Shown here: in pieces, positions 1 through 9,319 of the stretch
Layout of the letters: each line of letters starts with the position of its first letter
Position numbering within the stretch: the first letter of the stretch is position 1
DNA from: an uncultured Gemmataceae bacterium
Lineage (GTDB): Bacteria > Planctomycetota > Planctomycetia > Gemmatales > Gemmataceae
Assembly: GCA_963750165.1 (NCBI GenBank)
Contig: CAVVPN010000011.1
Location: 1,952,001 to 2,016,000, forward strand
Direction of reading: 5' to 3'
Length of the DNA stretch: 64,000 nt
Translations under genes and position numbers: made by a program
The notes under the pieces: model-generated
What the model was told of the DNA's origin: nothing
The model's database searches: none
Seen by the model: the letters and a program-made list of their open reading frames with translations, nothing else

Positions 1-1710
1 CGGGAACTCCGTCGGCGACAGCGGCGCCTCCGGCGCCCGGAAAGCAACCGGGGCGGTGGCATTTTCAACTACGGGGGCAACGTGACCCTCACCGACTCGA
101 TCGTCAGTGACAACCAGATTAAACATTTCGGGTACGGCGGCGGCATTGAAAACATTGGGACGTTCACCGTCACCGACTCCATCATCACCGGCAACTCCGC
201 TGGTCCCGGGGGTGGGGGTGGCATCTGGAACGCTGGGAGTTTGACCGTCGCCAACTCTCAGGTGAACGGCAACTCCTCGAACCTGGGCGGCGCCGGCATC
301 CTCCAGCAGGACGGCTCCCTGACCGTGACGTACTCCCTCTTTAGCGGCAACGACTGCGGGATCGATGAAGGGGGTGGCATCTACGTGATCACCGGCCTGC
401 TGACCGTTACCAACTCCAACTTCAGCGGCAACCTGGGGGAGGGTGCGGGCCTCGCGACTTACGAGAACGCCGCGATCTCCGTGACCGTCACCAACTCCAC
501 CTTCTACGGCAACCGATCACCCGGCAGCGGAGGTGCCGTCCTGGCCGATCAAGGCACGCTCGCCATCACAAACTGTACGTTCAACGACAACCAGGCCAAC
601 AACCCCAACGGCGGCGGCCTCGGCGGCGCCGTCTACCTGCAGGGCAATGCGTCGTTGACCGTCACGAACTCCACGGTGAGCGGCAACCGTGCCAACGACG
701 GCGGCGGCGGTTACTTCATCCAAACGGCGGGGACGCTGACACTGCTGAACACGATCATCGCCGGGAACGCCGCACCTTCCTCCCCTGATGTCGGCGGGCT
801 CGTGCACAGCCTGGGCCACAACCTGATCGGCGACTGCACCGGCGGCAGTGGGTTCGCCGCGACCGACCAGGTCGGCACGGCCGCCGCCCCCATCGACCCG
901 AAACTCGGCCCGCTGCAGGACAACGGCGGCCTCACTCCAACGATGGCCCTACTGGCCGGCAGCCCGGCCATTAATGCCGGCACCGCCACCGGCGCTCCGG
1001 CCACGGACCAGCGCGGCGCCCTGCGCCTGCCCGACCCGAACATCGACAGCGGCGCTTACGAGAGCGGCGGCCCCTACACGTCCTACGTCAATCTGCTCTA
1101 CTTCGACCTGCTGGGCCGACCGGCGGACCAGGCGGGCCTCGCCGGCTGGGCGAGTAGTTTGGCGGCCGGCACCTTGTCCTACTACCAGGTGGCCTGGGAT
1201 GTCTGGCACTCCGGCGAGCAGTACCAGCGGGCGGTGGGGCAGTTCTATCAGACCTACCTGCACCGCGCCGGCAACCCGCAGGAGGTTGCCGCCTGGGTGG
1301 GCGTTCTGGAGAGCGGGGCGCTGAGCGAGACGGACGTGGCGCTGCTGTTCGTGACCTCGCCGGAGTACAACGCCAGTCACCCCACCAACCAGTCCTATGT
1401 CGAGGGGTTGTACAACGACCTGCTGAATCGCAACGGCGCCTACACGCCGGCCGAGGTCGCCGTCTGGACGACGCCACTCGACCAGGGAACGCTCAGTCGG
1501 CCGATGGTGGCGGCGGACTTCCTCAACTCGACCGAGGCGCTGTCCGACGGCTTCACCTTCAACTACACGAACTGGCTGAACCGGCAGGAGTCGCTGGTGG
1601 AGTTGCAGGGGTGGCTGGCGGCCATCGCCCCCAACGCGCTGAACGGGGCCACGGTGGCGACGCTGTTCCTCAGCTGCCCCGAGTACCTGACCCTGGCCGG
1701 GGCCGCATAG
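1..1710 (+). CDS. Surface protein, 5'-partial: right-handed beta-helix (GGGI/FxxN repeats), choice-of-anchor Q-like segment and C-terminal DUF4214-like repeats
   Basis: Repeated GGGIxNxGxLTVxxSxxxxN units; DPKLGPLQDNGGLTPTMALLAGSPAINAG...DQRG...DSGAYE; YVNLLYFDLLGRPAD and YVEGLYNDLLNR repeats. The frame is open upstream of the GTG at 82 (SNRGGGIFNYGG), with an apparent indel near 35-40. Confidence 0.8.
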   Translation, partial: RELRRRQRRLRRPESNRGGGIFNYGGNVTLTDSIVSDNQIKHFGYGGGIENIGTFTVTDSIITGNSAGPGGGGGIWNAGSLTVANSQVNGNSSNLGGAGILQQDGSLTVTYSLFSGNDCGIDEGGGIYVITGLLTVTNSNFSGNLGEGAGLATYENAAISVTVTNSTFYGNRSPGSGGAVLADQGTLAITNCTFNDNQANNPNGGGLGGAVYLQGNASLTVTNSTVSGNRANDGGGGYFIQTAGTLTLLNTIIAGNAAPSSPDVGGLVHSLGHNLIGDCTGGSGFAATDQVGTAAAPIDPKLGPLQDNGGLTPTMALLAGSPAINAGTATGAPATDQRGALRLPDPNIDSGAYESGGPYTSYVNLLYFDLLGRPADQAGLAGWASSLAAGTLSYYQVAWDVWHSGEQYQRAVGQFYQTYLHRAGNPQEVAAWVGVLESGALSETDVALLFVTSPEYNASHPTNQSYVEGLYNDLLNRNGAYTPAEVAVWTTPLDQGTLSRPMVAADFLNSTEALSDGFTFNYTNWLNRQESLVELQGWLAAIAPNALNGATVATLFLSCPEYLTLAGAA

Positions 1711-1748
1711 CGGCGTGCATCGGCTGAAGCGTCGGCCCAGGGGCCCCG

Positions 1749-2401
1749 TCAACTGGTCGCCGGCTGCTGCCGCTCGAAATATTCGGCGTACACCGCGTCG
1801 CCGCGCTGCTGCATCTGTTTGAGCAGGTCCGCTGGCGGTTGCACCAGCCCGGCACCCTGGCCGGTGATCTTCTCCACCATCAACCGAAAACGGAACCGGT
1901 CGATCAGCCGATAAAAGGCGTCCGCCGACTCCGCCTGCTCGTGGTGGAAGTACAGCGACTGGCGCTGTTCCATGCGCCGGCGCACTTCCTTCAGGTAGCG
2001 CCAGATGGCGAGGTAAAAGCCGAATAGCTCCACGTGAAAGCCGTACAGCGGCACCAGCTTGACCTGCAGCGCCCGGAAGCGTCCGGTCACGTCCACGAAT
2101 TCCTCCAGGCAGCGCTGCAACACCTCAACGCGGCGGCACTCGCGCTGCAGGTCGTCGCTAATGCCGGCGAGCAGGTCCGGCGCCGGGCCGAGCACCGCCT
2201 GGTAAATCTTGCGCGGCTTGTAGAGCCGGTCGGTAAACGTGTCCACGGCGTCGATCAGTTCCTGGCGGGCAGTCGGCGCTGGCGGTAGCGCTGGTAGAGG
2301 ATGTTGACGAAGAAGCCCACGATGCCGAGCGCCACCACCTGGGCGATGCACTGCCAGACGGCGGTTTCCAGGGCGGACGCCTCGGCGAACAGCGCGGACA
2401 T
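1749..2401 (-). CDS. Hypothetical protein with N-terminal TM helix, split by a frameshift near 2277
   Basis: GGGAGGAG RBS precedes ATG 2401 (MSALFAEAS...VVALGIVGFFVNILYQRYRQR). Adding one base joins this to TARQELIDAV... of ORF 1749..2351. Confidence 0.65.
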
Positions 2402-2441
2402 TGGCGGACTCCTCCCAGGAACAGGGATGTTCGGGGTACGG

Positions 2442-3953
2442 TCAGCGCCGCAGCGCCTGCCGCAGTTGCTCCGGTGTGCCGCGCAGTTGCATGCTGACCC
2501 AGTGCGCCGCTGCGCCGCCCGTTTGCTGCTCGGCGTGCCGGCGCGCCGCGACCAGCGCGGCGGTCGTCGGCAACGGCTCCGGCCCCCAGGCGAACGCCGG
2601 CACCCACGTCAGCGCCGCCGGCAGCGGGCCCGCCACCCTGGGAGCGCCCAGCCCCGGCAACTGCTGCGCTTCGAGCAGGCGTTGCAGCCGCCGCGCCGAC
2701 GCCGCGTCGGCACACCGGAACTCCCCGACCAGCGCCACGTCCTTTTGAAAGCGCAACCCCAGGTAAAACGTCTGGATCTTCGTCAAATCGGCCGGCGCCT
2801 CCGGCGCCGCCTTGACGAACGCCAGCACCGGCTTGAGCAGTTCGCGCGGCACGTTCGTCCCGGCGACCCAGACCAGCGTGCCCTTGCCGACGCGCTCTTC
2901 CAGACAGCGCCGCAGCGGTTCGGGCAGCCCGGTCGTCCGTTGCTCCGGGTGCGCCGGCAACCGGGCGCGCACGTCCTCGTAGCGGCTGCCGTCGAACCAG
3001 GAGGCCAGCACGAAGATGCGGTCGGTAGGGCACCAGAGGAAGCCTTCGACGCCGTTGCGGGGCAGGGTGCGGTAGATCGGCCGGCCGCGAAACTCCTCGT
3101 GCTTGCCCTCCGTCAGCTTCGCCGGAAACTTGCGGAGGTCGTAGGGCTGGCGCGTCTGCACAACGATGAACGGCTGCGGGATGGGGAACGGCAGGAATTG
3201 CGTCATCTGGCCGGGCCGCGAGCCGGCGACCACGTGGTCAATGGCCTCCGGCGGCAGGCCAGTCTGTTCGCGCACCTCGCGGAGCGCCACCTTGACGGGC
3301 GCCCAACCGCCTGGCTCCAGGAAGTCGCGGCCGTCCGGTTCGCGCAGCAGTTCACGGACGTGCAGCGCGGCGATCAAGTTGGTGTCGCGCGGCAGATAGC
3401 CCAGCGCCGGCAACTGGGCCGGAGCGACGGGACGATCGAAGGTCGTGATCGGCGACGGTTCCTCGTCCGGCGGGGCCTGCCGCGGGTCGTGGCGGCGGCG
3501 CACGTCCTCGGTCAGTAGGGCGAACGCCAGCGCCACCGCGAGGGTGCAAACCATGTTGGCGAGCAGAAAACCGACGACGGCTCCGTTGCTGCGCAGGCGG
3601 CGGAAGAACCACAGCCACACCGCCGCGCCGCCGCCAAGGGCCGACAGACCGACCATGAACGGCAGTCCCCGGCGGGCCGGCTCGTAGTCCGCCAGCACGA
3701 CGCGGGCCAGGACGCTGACGACCAGTACGACGGCGCTCAGCGCCGCCAGGCGCAGGGGCCAGTTCGGCGGCGCGGCCTGGAGCAACAACGGCGTGACGGC
3801 GTGGTCCGGCGGTGGGGCGACGGTGATCCCGGTGGCGGCGGTGGCGAGAAAACTTTCGCCGCAGCGCGGGCAGACAATGCGCCCGGTCGGGGTCGCGGCG
3901 GTCGCGGCCACCAGGGCGTTGCAGTATGGACAGGACAGCGCTGCAGCCGTCAT
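2442..3953 (-). CDS. Hypothetical membrane protein with N-terminal zinc ribbon and about 3 TM helices
   Basis: CPYC...CPRC pair, hydrophobic segments, 503-aa ORF. Confidence 0.7.
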   Translation of the reverse strand: MTAAALSCPYCNALVAATAATPTGRIVCPRCGESFLATAATGITVAPPPDHAVTPLLLQAAPPNWPLRLAALSAVVLVVSVLARVVLADYEPARRGLPFMVGLSALGGGAAVWLWFFRRLRSNGAVVGFLLANMVCTLAVALAFALLTEDVRRRHDPRQAPPDEEPSPITTFDRPVAPAQLPALGYLPRDTNLIAALHVRELLREPDGRDFLEPGGWAPVKVALREVREQTGLPPEAIDHVVAGSRPGQMTQFLPFPIPQPFIVVQTRQPYDLRKFPAKLTEGKHEEFRGRPIYRTLPRNGVEGFLWCPTDRIFVLASWFDGSRYEDVRARLPAHPEQRTTGLPEPLRRCLEERVGKGTLVWVAGTNVPRELLKPVLAFVKAAPEAPADLTKIQTFYLGLRFQKDVALVGEFRCADAASARRLQRLLEAQQLPGLGAPRVAGPLPAALTWVPAFAWGPEPLPTTAALVAARRHAEQQTGGAAAHWVSMQLRGTPEQLRQALRR

Positions 3954-4034
3954 GATGTCAACCCACCAACTCAGACGAACAGTTGGGCCACCGGCACACG
4001 GAAGCCGGGCAGGTGCGGTTCGCCGGACAGTTCC

Positions 4035-4078
4035 TGTCGCCTGTGACGCGCTGCGACAGGCGAGACGCCTGTACCACG
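4035..4078. repeat. Degenerate REP-like palindrome (GTGG..CAGGC..GCCTG family)
   Basis: gtcgcctgtg...gacaggcgagacgcctgtaccac resembles the copies at 17557, 44602 and 60062. Confidence 0.5.
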
Positions 4079-4246
4079 ATCAGAAAACACCGCTTTTGCT
4101 TCGCCACCAGGAACTATACCAAAGCCCGCGCGTTTCCTCCAGCGTCGCGCCTCCGGACGGCGCTCCCGGGGCGAGGCCACGCCGCGGTTTGCGCGGGTTC
4201 TTGCCAGTCGTGGGGTTGGGGATAGGAAAGCAATGGACCACAAACC

Positions 4247-4304
4247 GTGGCACGGCTCTCCAGAGCCGTGGTGGAAACCGCACGGCTCTGGAGAGCCGTG
4301 CCAC
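4247..4304. repeat. REP doublet: GTGGCACGGCTCTCCAGAGCCGTG and its exact inverse, 10-bp spacer
   Basis: 24-bp perfect inverted arms at 4247-4270 and 4281-4304. Each arm is itself a hairpin with a 5' GTGG tetranucleotide. Confidence 0.9.
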
Positions 4305-4379
4305 CACGAAGCGGGCCTTGAGCAGGCCACACGCCAGCAGGTGGGCGAGCCACTGGCAGTCCTTGGTGCGGGTCCGACG
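4305..4379 (-). pseudogene. IS110-family transposase remnant, 25 codons
   Basis: Translates RRTRTKDCQWLAHLLACGLLKARFV, matching the IS110 DEDD-domain motif RKTDxKD(C/A)xW(L/I)AxLLxxGLLxxSF(V/I)P as I recall it. It has a TAG immediately upstream and the REP immediately downstream. Confidence 0.7.
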
Positions 4380-4746
4380 CTAACGCGGGCTCAAGGCACC
4401 AAGCGATTCAAAGACGACCTCCCCCAGGGCCGGCGGCGGTCCGTTAGCATAGGCCCACTCCCCCCATTTTCATGATCTCTGGGTGCCGCAACGCGGCATG
4501 ACGACTCTAAACTTCCGGAAGGACTCCCGCCCTGCCACGCCGCGCACCGCCCGGCCTTTCCATTTTTTCTTTTTCGCTGTCACCTCTCGCGCGCAGTTGT
4601 CGCTTACCTGATGAACGCCACTGTTGGCCCTCATGGGTCAGCGTTGGCGCCCGGGGAAGTAAGGAATTTGGTTGCCTCGTGGGAGACGATCCCGTATGCT
4701 CACTACCATCTCTTACAACCCAATCCCGTGCCGAGTTGCCCGACTC

Positions 4747-5320
4747 ATGGCAGCGCCCGAACCCATCACTCACTGGCTCCGGCTGGCCCAGGCCGGCGAT
4801 CGCGACGCGGCCGGGCCGCTCTGGGAACATTTTTTCCAGCGCCTGGTCGCCCTGGCGCAAACGCCTGCAAGGGGCACCGTGCGGCGCCGGCGACGAGGAG
4901 GACGTGGCCCTCAGTGTCCTCGACAGTTTCTTTCAGCGCGCCCGCCAGGGAGCCTTTCCAGACCTGAACGACCGCGAAGACCTGTGGCGCTTGCTCGTCT
5001 TCAAGACCGTCCGCAAGGCGATTGACAAATTGCGCTGGGAGCGGTCGCAGAAACGGGGCGGCGGCCGGGTTCCGGCGACGGACGCCGAGTTGCAGCGGGT
5101 GATCGGACGCGAGCCGAGCCCGGAACTGGCTGCCGAGTTCGCGGACAGCTGCCAGCACCTGCTGGCCCAGTTGCCCGACGACCTCCGCCAGATCGCCGTT
5201 TGGCGGATGGAGGGCTATAGCGTCGAGGAGATCGCCGGCCGGATCGGCCGCTGCGACCGCACCGTCAAGCGCTACCTGGACCTGATCCGCACCCAGTGGG
5301 ACGGGGAGGACGAGCCGTGA
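4747..5320 (+). CDS. ECF sigma factor (Sigma70_ECF, kinase-associated type), frameshift near 4857
   Basis: ATG 4747 gives MAAPEPITHWLRLAQAGDRDAAGPLWEHFFQRLVALA, then the next frame gives RKRL...DEEDVALSVLDSFF...DLWRLL...EGYSVEEIAGRIGRCDRTVKR (sigma region 4 HTH). Confidence 0.9.
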
Positions 5321-7449
5321 GCCACTCCGCTTCGTTTCAGCGTGCCTGGCCGCTCGACGCCAAGCTGCGCGTGAACGCGGTGTGCTTGCGCTTTGAAGAC
5401 GCCTGGCAGTCCGGCACGCCGCCCCAGCTGGGAACGTTCCTCGCCGAGTTGGACGAGGCCGACCGGCCCCTGTTGTTCCAGGAACTGCTGGCGCTGGACC
5501 TCACCTACCGCCGCGACCGTGGCGAAACGCCGCGACCGGAGGAGTACACCAGCCGCTTCCCCGATCACGCCTCGCTGGTGGTTTCGGTCTTCAGCGAGGT
5601 GGTGCCGGCGGCGATCGCGCCCGTTACCGCCGGGATCGATACGCACCAGGCCGGGGCGGCTCCGGCCACGGCACACGAACACCCGACCCCAACGGGCGGC
5701 CCCTGGCCGCAGGTGCCGGGCTACGAAATCTTGAAGGAACTGGGCCGCGGCGGCATGGGCGTCGTCTACCAGGCGCGGCAACTGCAAGCGGCGCGGGTGG
5801 TCGCCCTCAAGATGGTGCTGGCCGGCGCCCACGCCAGCGCCGAGGTGCTCAGCCGGTTCCGCATCGAGGCCGCGGCACTGGCGCGACTGCGGCACGCCAA
5901 CGTGGTGCAGGTATACGAGGTCGGCGAGCACAACGGGCTGCCGTTTTTCTCGATGGAGTTCGTGCCCGGCGGCAGCCTGGCGACGCGTCTGAACGGCAAA
6001 TCGTTGGAGTCGCGACTTGCCGCGCATCTGGTCGAACCGCTGGCCCGGGCAGTCCACGCCATCCACGAGGCCGGGGTGGTCCACCGCGACCTGAAGCCGG
6101 GCAATGTGCTGCTCGACGGCAGCCCCGGCGCGCCGCTGGAGCAGTGTACGCCCCGGGTGAGCGATTTCGGTTTGGCCAAGCCGCTGGACGAGGCCGGCTA
6201 CCCGTCCAGGACGAACCAGGCGCTGGGCACCCCCCCTTACATGGCCCCGGAGCAGGCCGCCCCAAAGATCGCCTCTGCGGGGCCGTGGACCGACGTGCAT
6301 GGACTGGGGACGATCCTTTACCAGCTGTTGACGGGCCAACCGCCGTTCCAGGGCGACACGGATTGGGATGTGATCCAGCAGGTGATTGGTCACCAGCCGA
6401 CCTTCCCGTGGCCGCGCTCGCGCCTGGAGCGGGATTTGCAAACCGTTTGCCGCAAGTGCCTGGAAAAAAAGCCGCCGCAGCGCTTCGGCACCGCCGCGGA
6501 GGTGGCGGATCGATTGCAGCGCATCCTGAAAGGCGAGCCGATCCCGGAGCGGCCGCCCGGCTGGGCTGAGCGCGTCGGCCGCCTGCTGCGGCGGCACCTG
6601 CTGCTGGTGGCGTTGGTGCTGCTGGCCCTCGGGGCGGCAGGCGGCATCTGGGGCTTCACGGCGGTGACGGCGTACCTGTCTGACCCGGAGCGGGTGCGCG
6701 AGGGCGTTGAGAAACGGCTGCGCAATGGCGAACCGGTGACGCTGATCGGCGAGACGGGGCCGCCGGGGTATTTCCAGTGGGGGGCGGGTGAAGAAATCAC
6801 GGCGATTTCCACCAAGGCGGATCGACCATTCTCCGTGACGACTACCAAGTTGGCGTTGGTCGAATTTCCCTACGCGGCCCAGCTCAAACGGTTCCGCTTA
6901 CGCGCGGAGGTGCGTCACGAAATGGGTTTCGGAGGAGGGACCGTCGGCATTTTCTGCGGGCACAAAACGCACGGGTGGGCGGAAGACAAGGAACGGATGT
7001 CATTCCTCTCCCTGAGCTACGCCGAGCGCGGTAAGGTGGTGCAGAAAAAAGCAAAAGCGAAGCTCGAAGGCCGGGTGCAATTACAAGCCTATTATGTGGA
7101 GTTGGGGCCGGAGGTGTTTATCATGCCTGCGGCCTTGATCAAGCCGTACAAACCGTTTGAACCCGTTGGGCCCGGCAAGTTCGGCCCCTGGCGCGAACTT
7201 TCGCTGGAGGTGACCGTGGCGGAAACCCGTGCGTCCTGGTCGCCGACTTCAGGAGCGCCAACTGAGCCGATCACCACGGTAACTCCGCCGCAACTCCGCC
7301 CACACGTTGACGGGCAGAAAGTTCAGCAGCCGAGGTTGCGCGAGTTGGTCCTGGAATACGTCCCCCAGGGGGGGATTGGTTTGTTCGTTCACCAAGGCGG
7401 GGCGTCGTTCCGGCGCGTGGTGTTGGAACCGCTCGAAACGCGCCCCTAA
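5317..7449 (+). CDS. Hanks-type Ser/Thr protein kinase with one TM helix and a C-terminal beta-sandwich (lectin/DUF1080-like) domain
   Basis: GRGGMGVVY, VALKM, HRDLKPGN, DFGLAK, GTPPYMAPEQ; GTGA overlap with the sigma stop; TM LLLVALVLLALGAAGGIWGF. Confidence 0.95.
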   Translation: MSHSASFQRAWPLDAKLRVNAVCLRFEDAWQSGTPPQLGTFLAELDEADRPLLFQELLALDLTYRRDRGETPRPEEYTSRFPDHASLVVSVFSEVVPAAIAPVTAGIDTHQAGAAPATAHEHPTPTGGPWPQVPGYEILKELGRGGMGVVYQARQLQAARVVALKMVLAGAHASAEVLSRFRIEAAALARLRHANVVQVYEVGEHNGLPFFSMEFVPGGSLATRLNGKSLESRLAAHLVEPLARAVHAIHEAGVVHRDLKPGNVLLDGSPGAPLEQCTPRVSDFGLAKPLDEAGYPSRTNQALGTPPYMAPEQAAPKIASAGPWTDVHGLGTILYQLLTGQPPFQGDTDWDVIQQVIGHQPTFPWPRSRLERDLQTVCRKCLEKKPPQRFGTAAEVADRLQRILKGEPIPERPPGWAERVGRLLRRHLLLVALVLLALGAAGGIWGFTAVTAYLSDPERVREGVEKRLRNGEPVTLIGETGPPGYFQWGAGEEITAISTKADRPFSVTTTKLALVEFPYAAQLKRFRLRAEVRHEMGFGGGTVGIFCGHKTHGWAEDKERMSFLSLSYAERGKVVQKKAKAKLEGRVQLQAYYVELGPEVFIMPAALIKPYKPFEPVGPGKFGPWRELSLEVTVAETRASWSPTSGAPTEPITTVTPPQLRPHVDGQKVQQPRLRELVLEYVPQGGIGLFVHQGGASFRRVVLEPLETRP

Positions 7450-7464
7450 ATGAAGGAGGTCGAA

Positions 7465-7863
7465 ATGCCTACCATTGAGATTGACAGTCCGCTCGACAAG
7501 GATGAAGAGACCTGGACGCAGTCGGAACTGGAAACCGGCACCCTCGCCTACGTGGCAACCGGTTCCTACAACCTGGACGGATTCTTTGAGCATCGTGATA
7601 ACGTGAAAGTCGAGGTCCGGGTCGTGTACCCCCCGAGCGATTCGAACCTGAATACGCAGTCCACCTACGACGCACGAAAAGCGACGCTCATTCCCGCGGA
7701 CGATCCGGACGCTGATCCGACCTGGGAGGCTGACTTTCCAACATTGACGATGCCGACCAATCAGGCGGTCCTGGTGGCCTTTTTGTACAACGGGGACCAG
7801 TACCTGGCTTCATACTCCATCGATGTCGTTATTGGGGTGCCTGACGCCCCACGAAAGAAATAG
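7465..7863 (+). CDS. Small acidic hypothetical protein, 132 aa
   Basis: Strong AAGGAGGT RBS before ATG 7465, 15 nt after the kinase stop; D/E/T-rich; visibly lower GC. Confidence 0.7.
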   Translation: MPTIEIDSPLDKDEETWTQSELETGTLAYVATGSYNLDGFFEHRDNVKVEVRVVYPPSDSNLNTQSTYDARKATLIPADDPDADPTWEADFPTLTMPTNQAVLVAFLYNGDQYLASYSIDVVIGVPDAPRKK

Positions 7864-7866
7864 CCA

Positions 7867-7935
7867 GGGAGATACTGATCTCCCCGCTTTAGAGCGGATT
7901 GCAATCGCGTGTAGCGGTCTGGTTCCAAGGACCGC
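7867..7935. terminator. Cluster of short hairpins between convergent genes
   Basis: gggagat-actg-atctccc, ccgctttagagcgg, gattgcaatc, gcggtc...gaccgc. Confidence 0.35.
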
Positions 7936-8011
7936 CGACGAAGAAACGGGGCGGGGCGGGGAGTAACATCTGATCTGGATGCCGTCGCCGGGCGCCGCGC
8001 GGTGGTGCCGG

Positions 8012-9298
8012 TCACCCCAGGGTCGGCAGCACTCGCCCCGTCACCTCGCCGAAGCCGACGCGGTAACCCTGGCCCTGGCACCAGCCCGTCAGCGTCAGCC
8101 GGTCGCCGTCCTGCAGGAACGTGCGCGTCTCGCCGTCCGGCAGCGTCAGCGGCTTCTTGCCGCCCCACGCCAGCTCCAGCAGACTGCCGTACGAGTCCGG
8201 CGTCGGCCCACTAATGGTGCCCGACGCCAGCAGATCACCGGGAAACAGGTTGCAGCCGTTGACCGTGTGGTGCGCCAGCTGTTGCAGCACGTTCCAGTAC
8301 AAATATTTGCTGTTCGAGCGGCTGAGGACGTGCGGCCGCTCCGAATTCGCGGTCTGCAACCGCACCTCCAGCTGGATGTCGAACGCCCAGTCGCCGGCGC
8401 TGCGCAGGTACGGCAGCGGTTGCGGCTGCTGCACCGGACCAGCGGCGCGGAACGGCTCCAGCGCTTCCAGCGTCACCACCCACGGCGAGATCGATGTGCA
8501 GAAATTCTTCGCCAGGAACGGGCCGAGCGGCACGTATTCCCACTTCTGAATGTCGCGGGCGCTCCAGTCGTTGACCAGCACCATGCCGAAGATGTGCTCT
8601 GCGGCGCGGCCGATGGGGATCGGCTCGCCCAGCGCGTTGCCGGGGCCGACGAAGAAGCCCATCTCCAGCTCGAAATCCAGCGCCCGGCTCGGGCCAAACG
8701 TCGGCGCCGCGGCGTCGTCGGCTTTCGTCTGGCCGCAGGGGCGACGCACGTCCGTGCCGCTGACGACGACGGAACTGGCGCGGCCGTGGTAGGCGACGGG
8801 CAGGTGCAGCCAGTTCGGCATCAGCGCGTTGTCGGGGCCGCGCAGCATGGTGCCGACGTTGCTGGCGTGCTCACGCGACGAGTAGAAGTCGGTGTAGTCG
8901 CCGATGCGGAACGGCAGGTGCATCTTGACGCGCTCGCGCGGCAGCAGGATCGCATCGCGGATCGTCTCGGCGTCGCGCAGGTAGGAGTCGGCGTCGCTGA
9001 GCAGCCGGCTCAGACGGCCGCGGACCTCGCGCCACGCGGCGGGACCGAGGGCGGCGAAGGCGTTGAGGCGGTCCTGCTCCAGTGCGTGGCGGGCCTCCGG
9101 TTCCAGGCGGTCCCCGAAGGGCGAGAGGTTCAGCGCCCCGGCTACGTCCAGCACGAAATCGCCAATGGCGACGCCGATGCGCTGCGCCTCGTGGTCGTCC
9201 GTGCTGAAGACGCCATACGGCAGGTTCTGAATCGGAAACGGCGAGTCCGCCGCGACCGGGATGAAGGAACGCAGGGCCGGGTCCGTGGTCGGGTTCAT
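8012..9298 (-). CDS. fahA: Fumarylacetoacetase
   Basis: [68 protein letters not shown]. Confidence 0.97.
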   Translation of the reverse strand: MNPTTDPALRSFIPVAADSPFPIQNLPYGVFSTDDHEAQRIGVAIGDFVLDVAGALNLSPFGDRLEPEARHALEQDRLNAFAALGPAAWREVRGRLSRLLSDADSYLRDAETIRDAILLPRERVKMHLPFRIGDYTDFYSSREHASNVGTMLRGPDNALMPNWLHLPVAYHGRASSVVVSGTDVRRPCGQTKADDAAAPTFGPSRALDFELEMGFFVGPGNALGEPIPIGRAAEHIFGMVLVNDWSARDIQKWEYVPLGPFLAKNFCTSISPWVVTLEALEPFRAAGPVQQPQPLPYLRSAGDWAFDIQLEVRLQTANSERPHVLSRSNSKYLYWNVLQQLAHHTVNGCNLFPGDLLASGTISGPTPDSYGSLLELAWGGKKPLTLPDGETRTFLQDGDRLTLTGWCQGQGYRVGFGEVTGRVLPTLG

Positions 9299-9319
9299 GC
9301 ACGATCCCTCTCGGAGTGG

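Noticed and set aside
4578..4608. Candidate ECF autoregulatory promoter (TGTCAC...TCGCTT)
   Set aside because: Single instance with no second copy found in the window to define a consensus
7889..7908. TAGAGCGGATTGCAATCG as an IS/MITE terminal inverted repeat
   Set aside because: No matching second end or transposase seen; equally explained as local mini-hairpins
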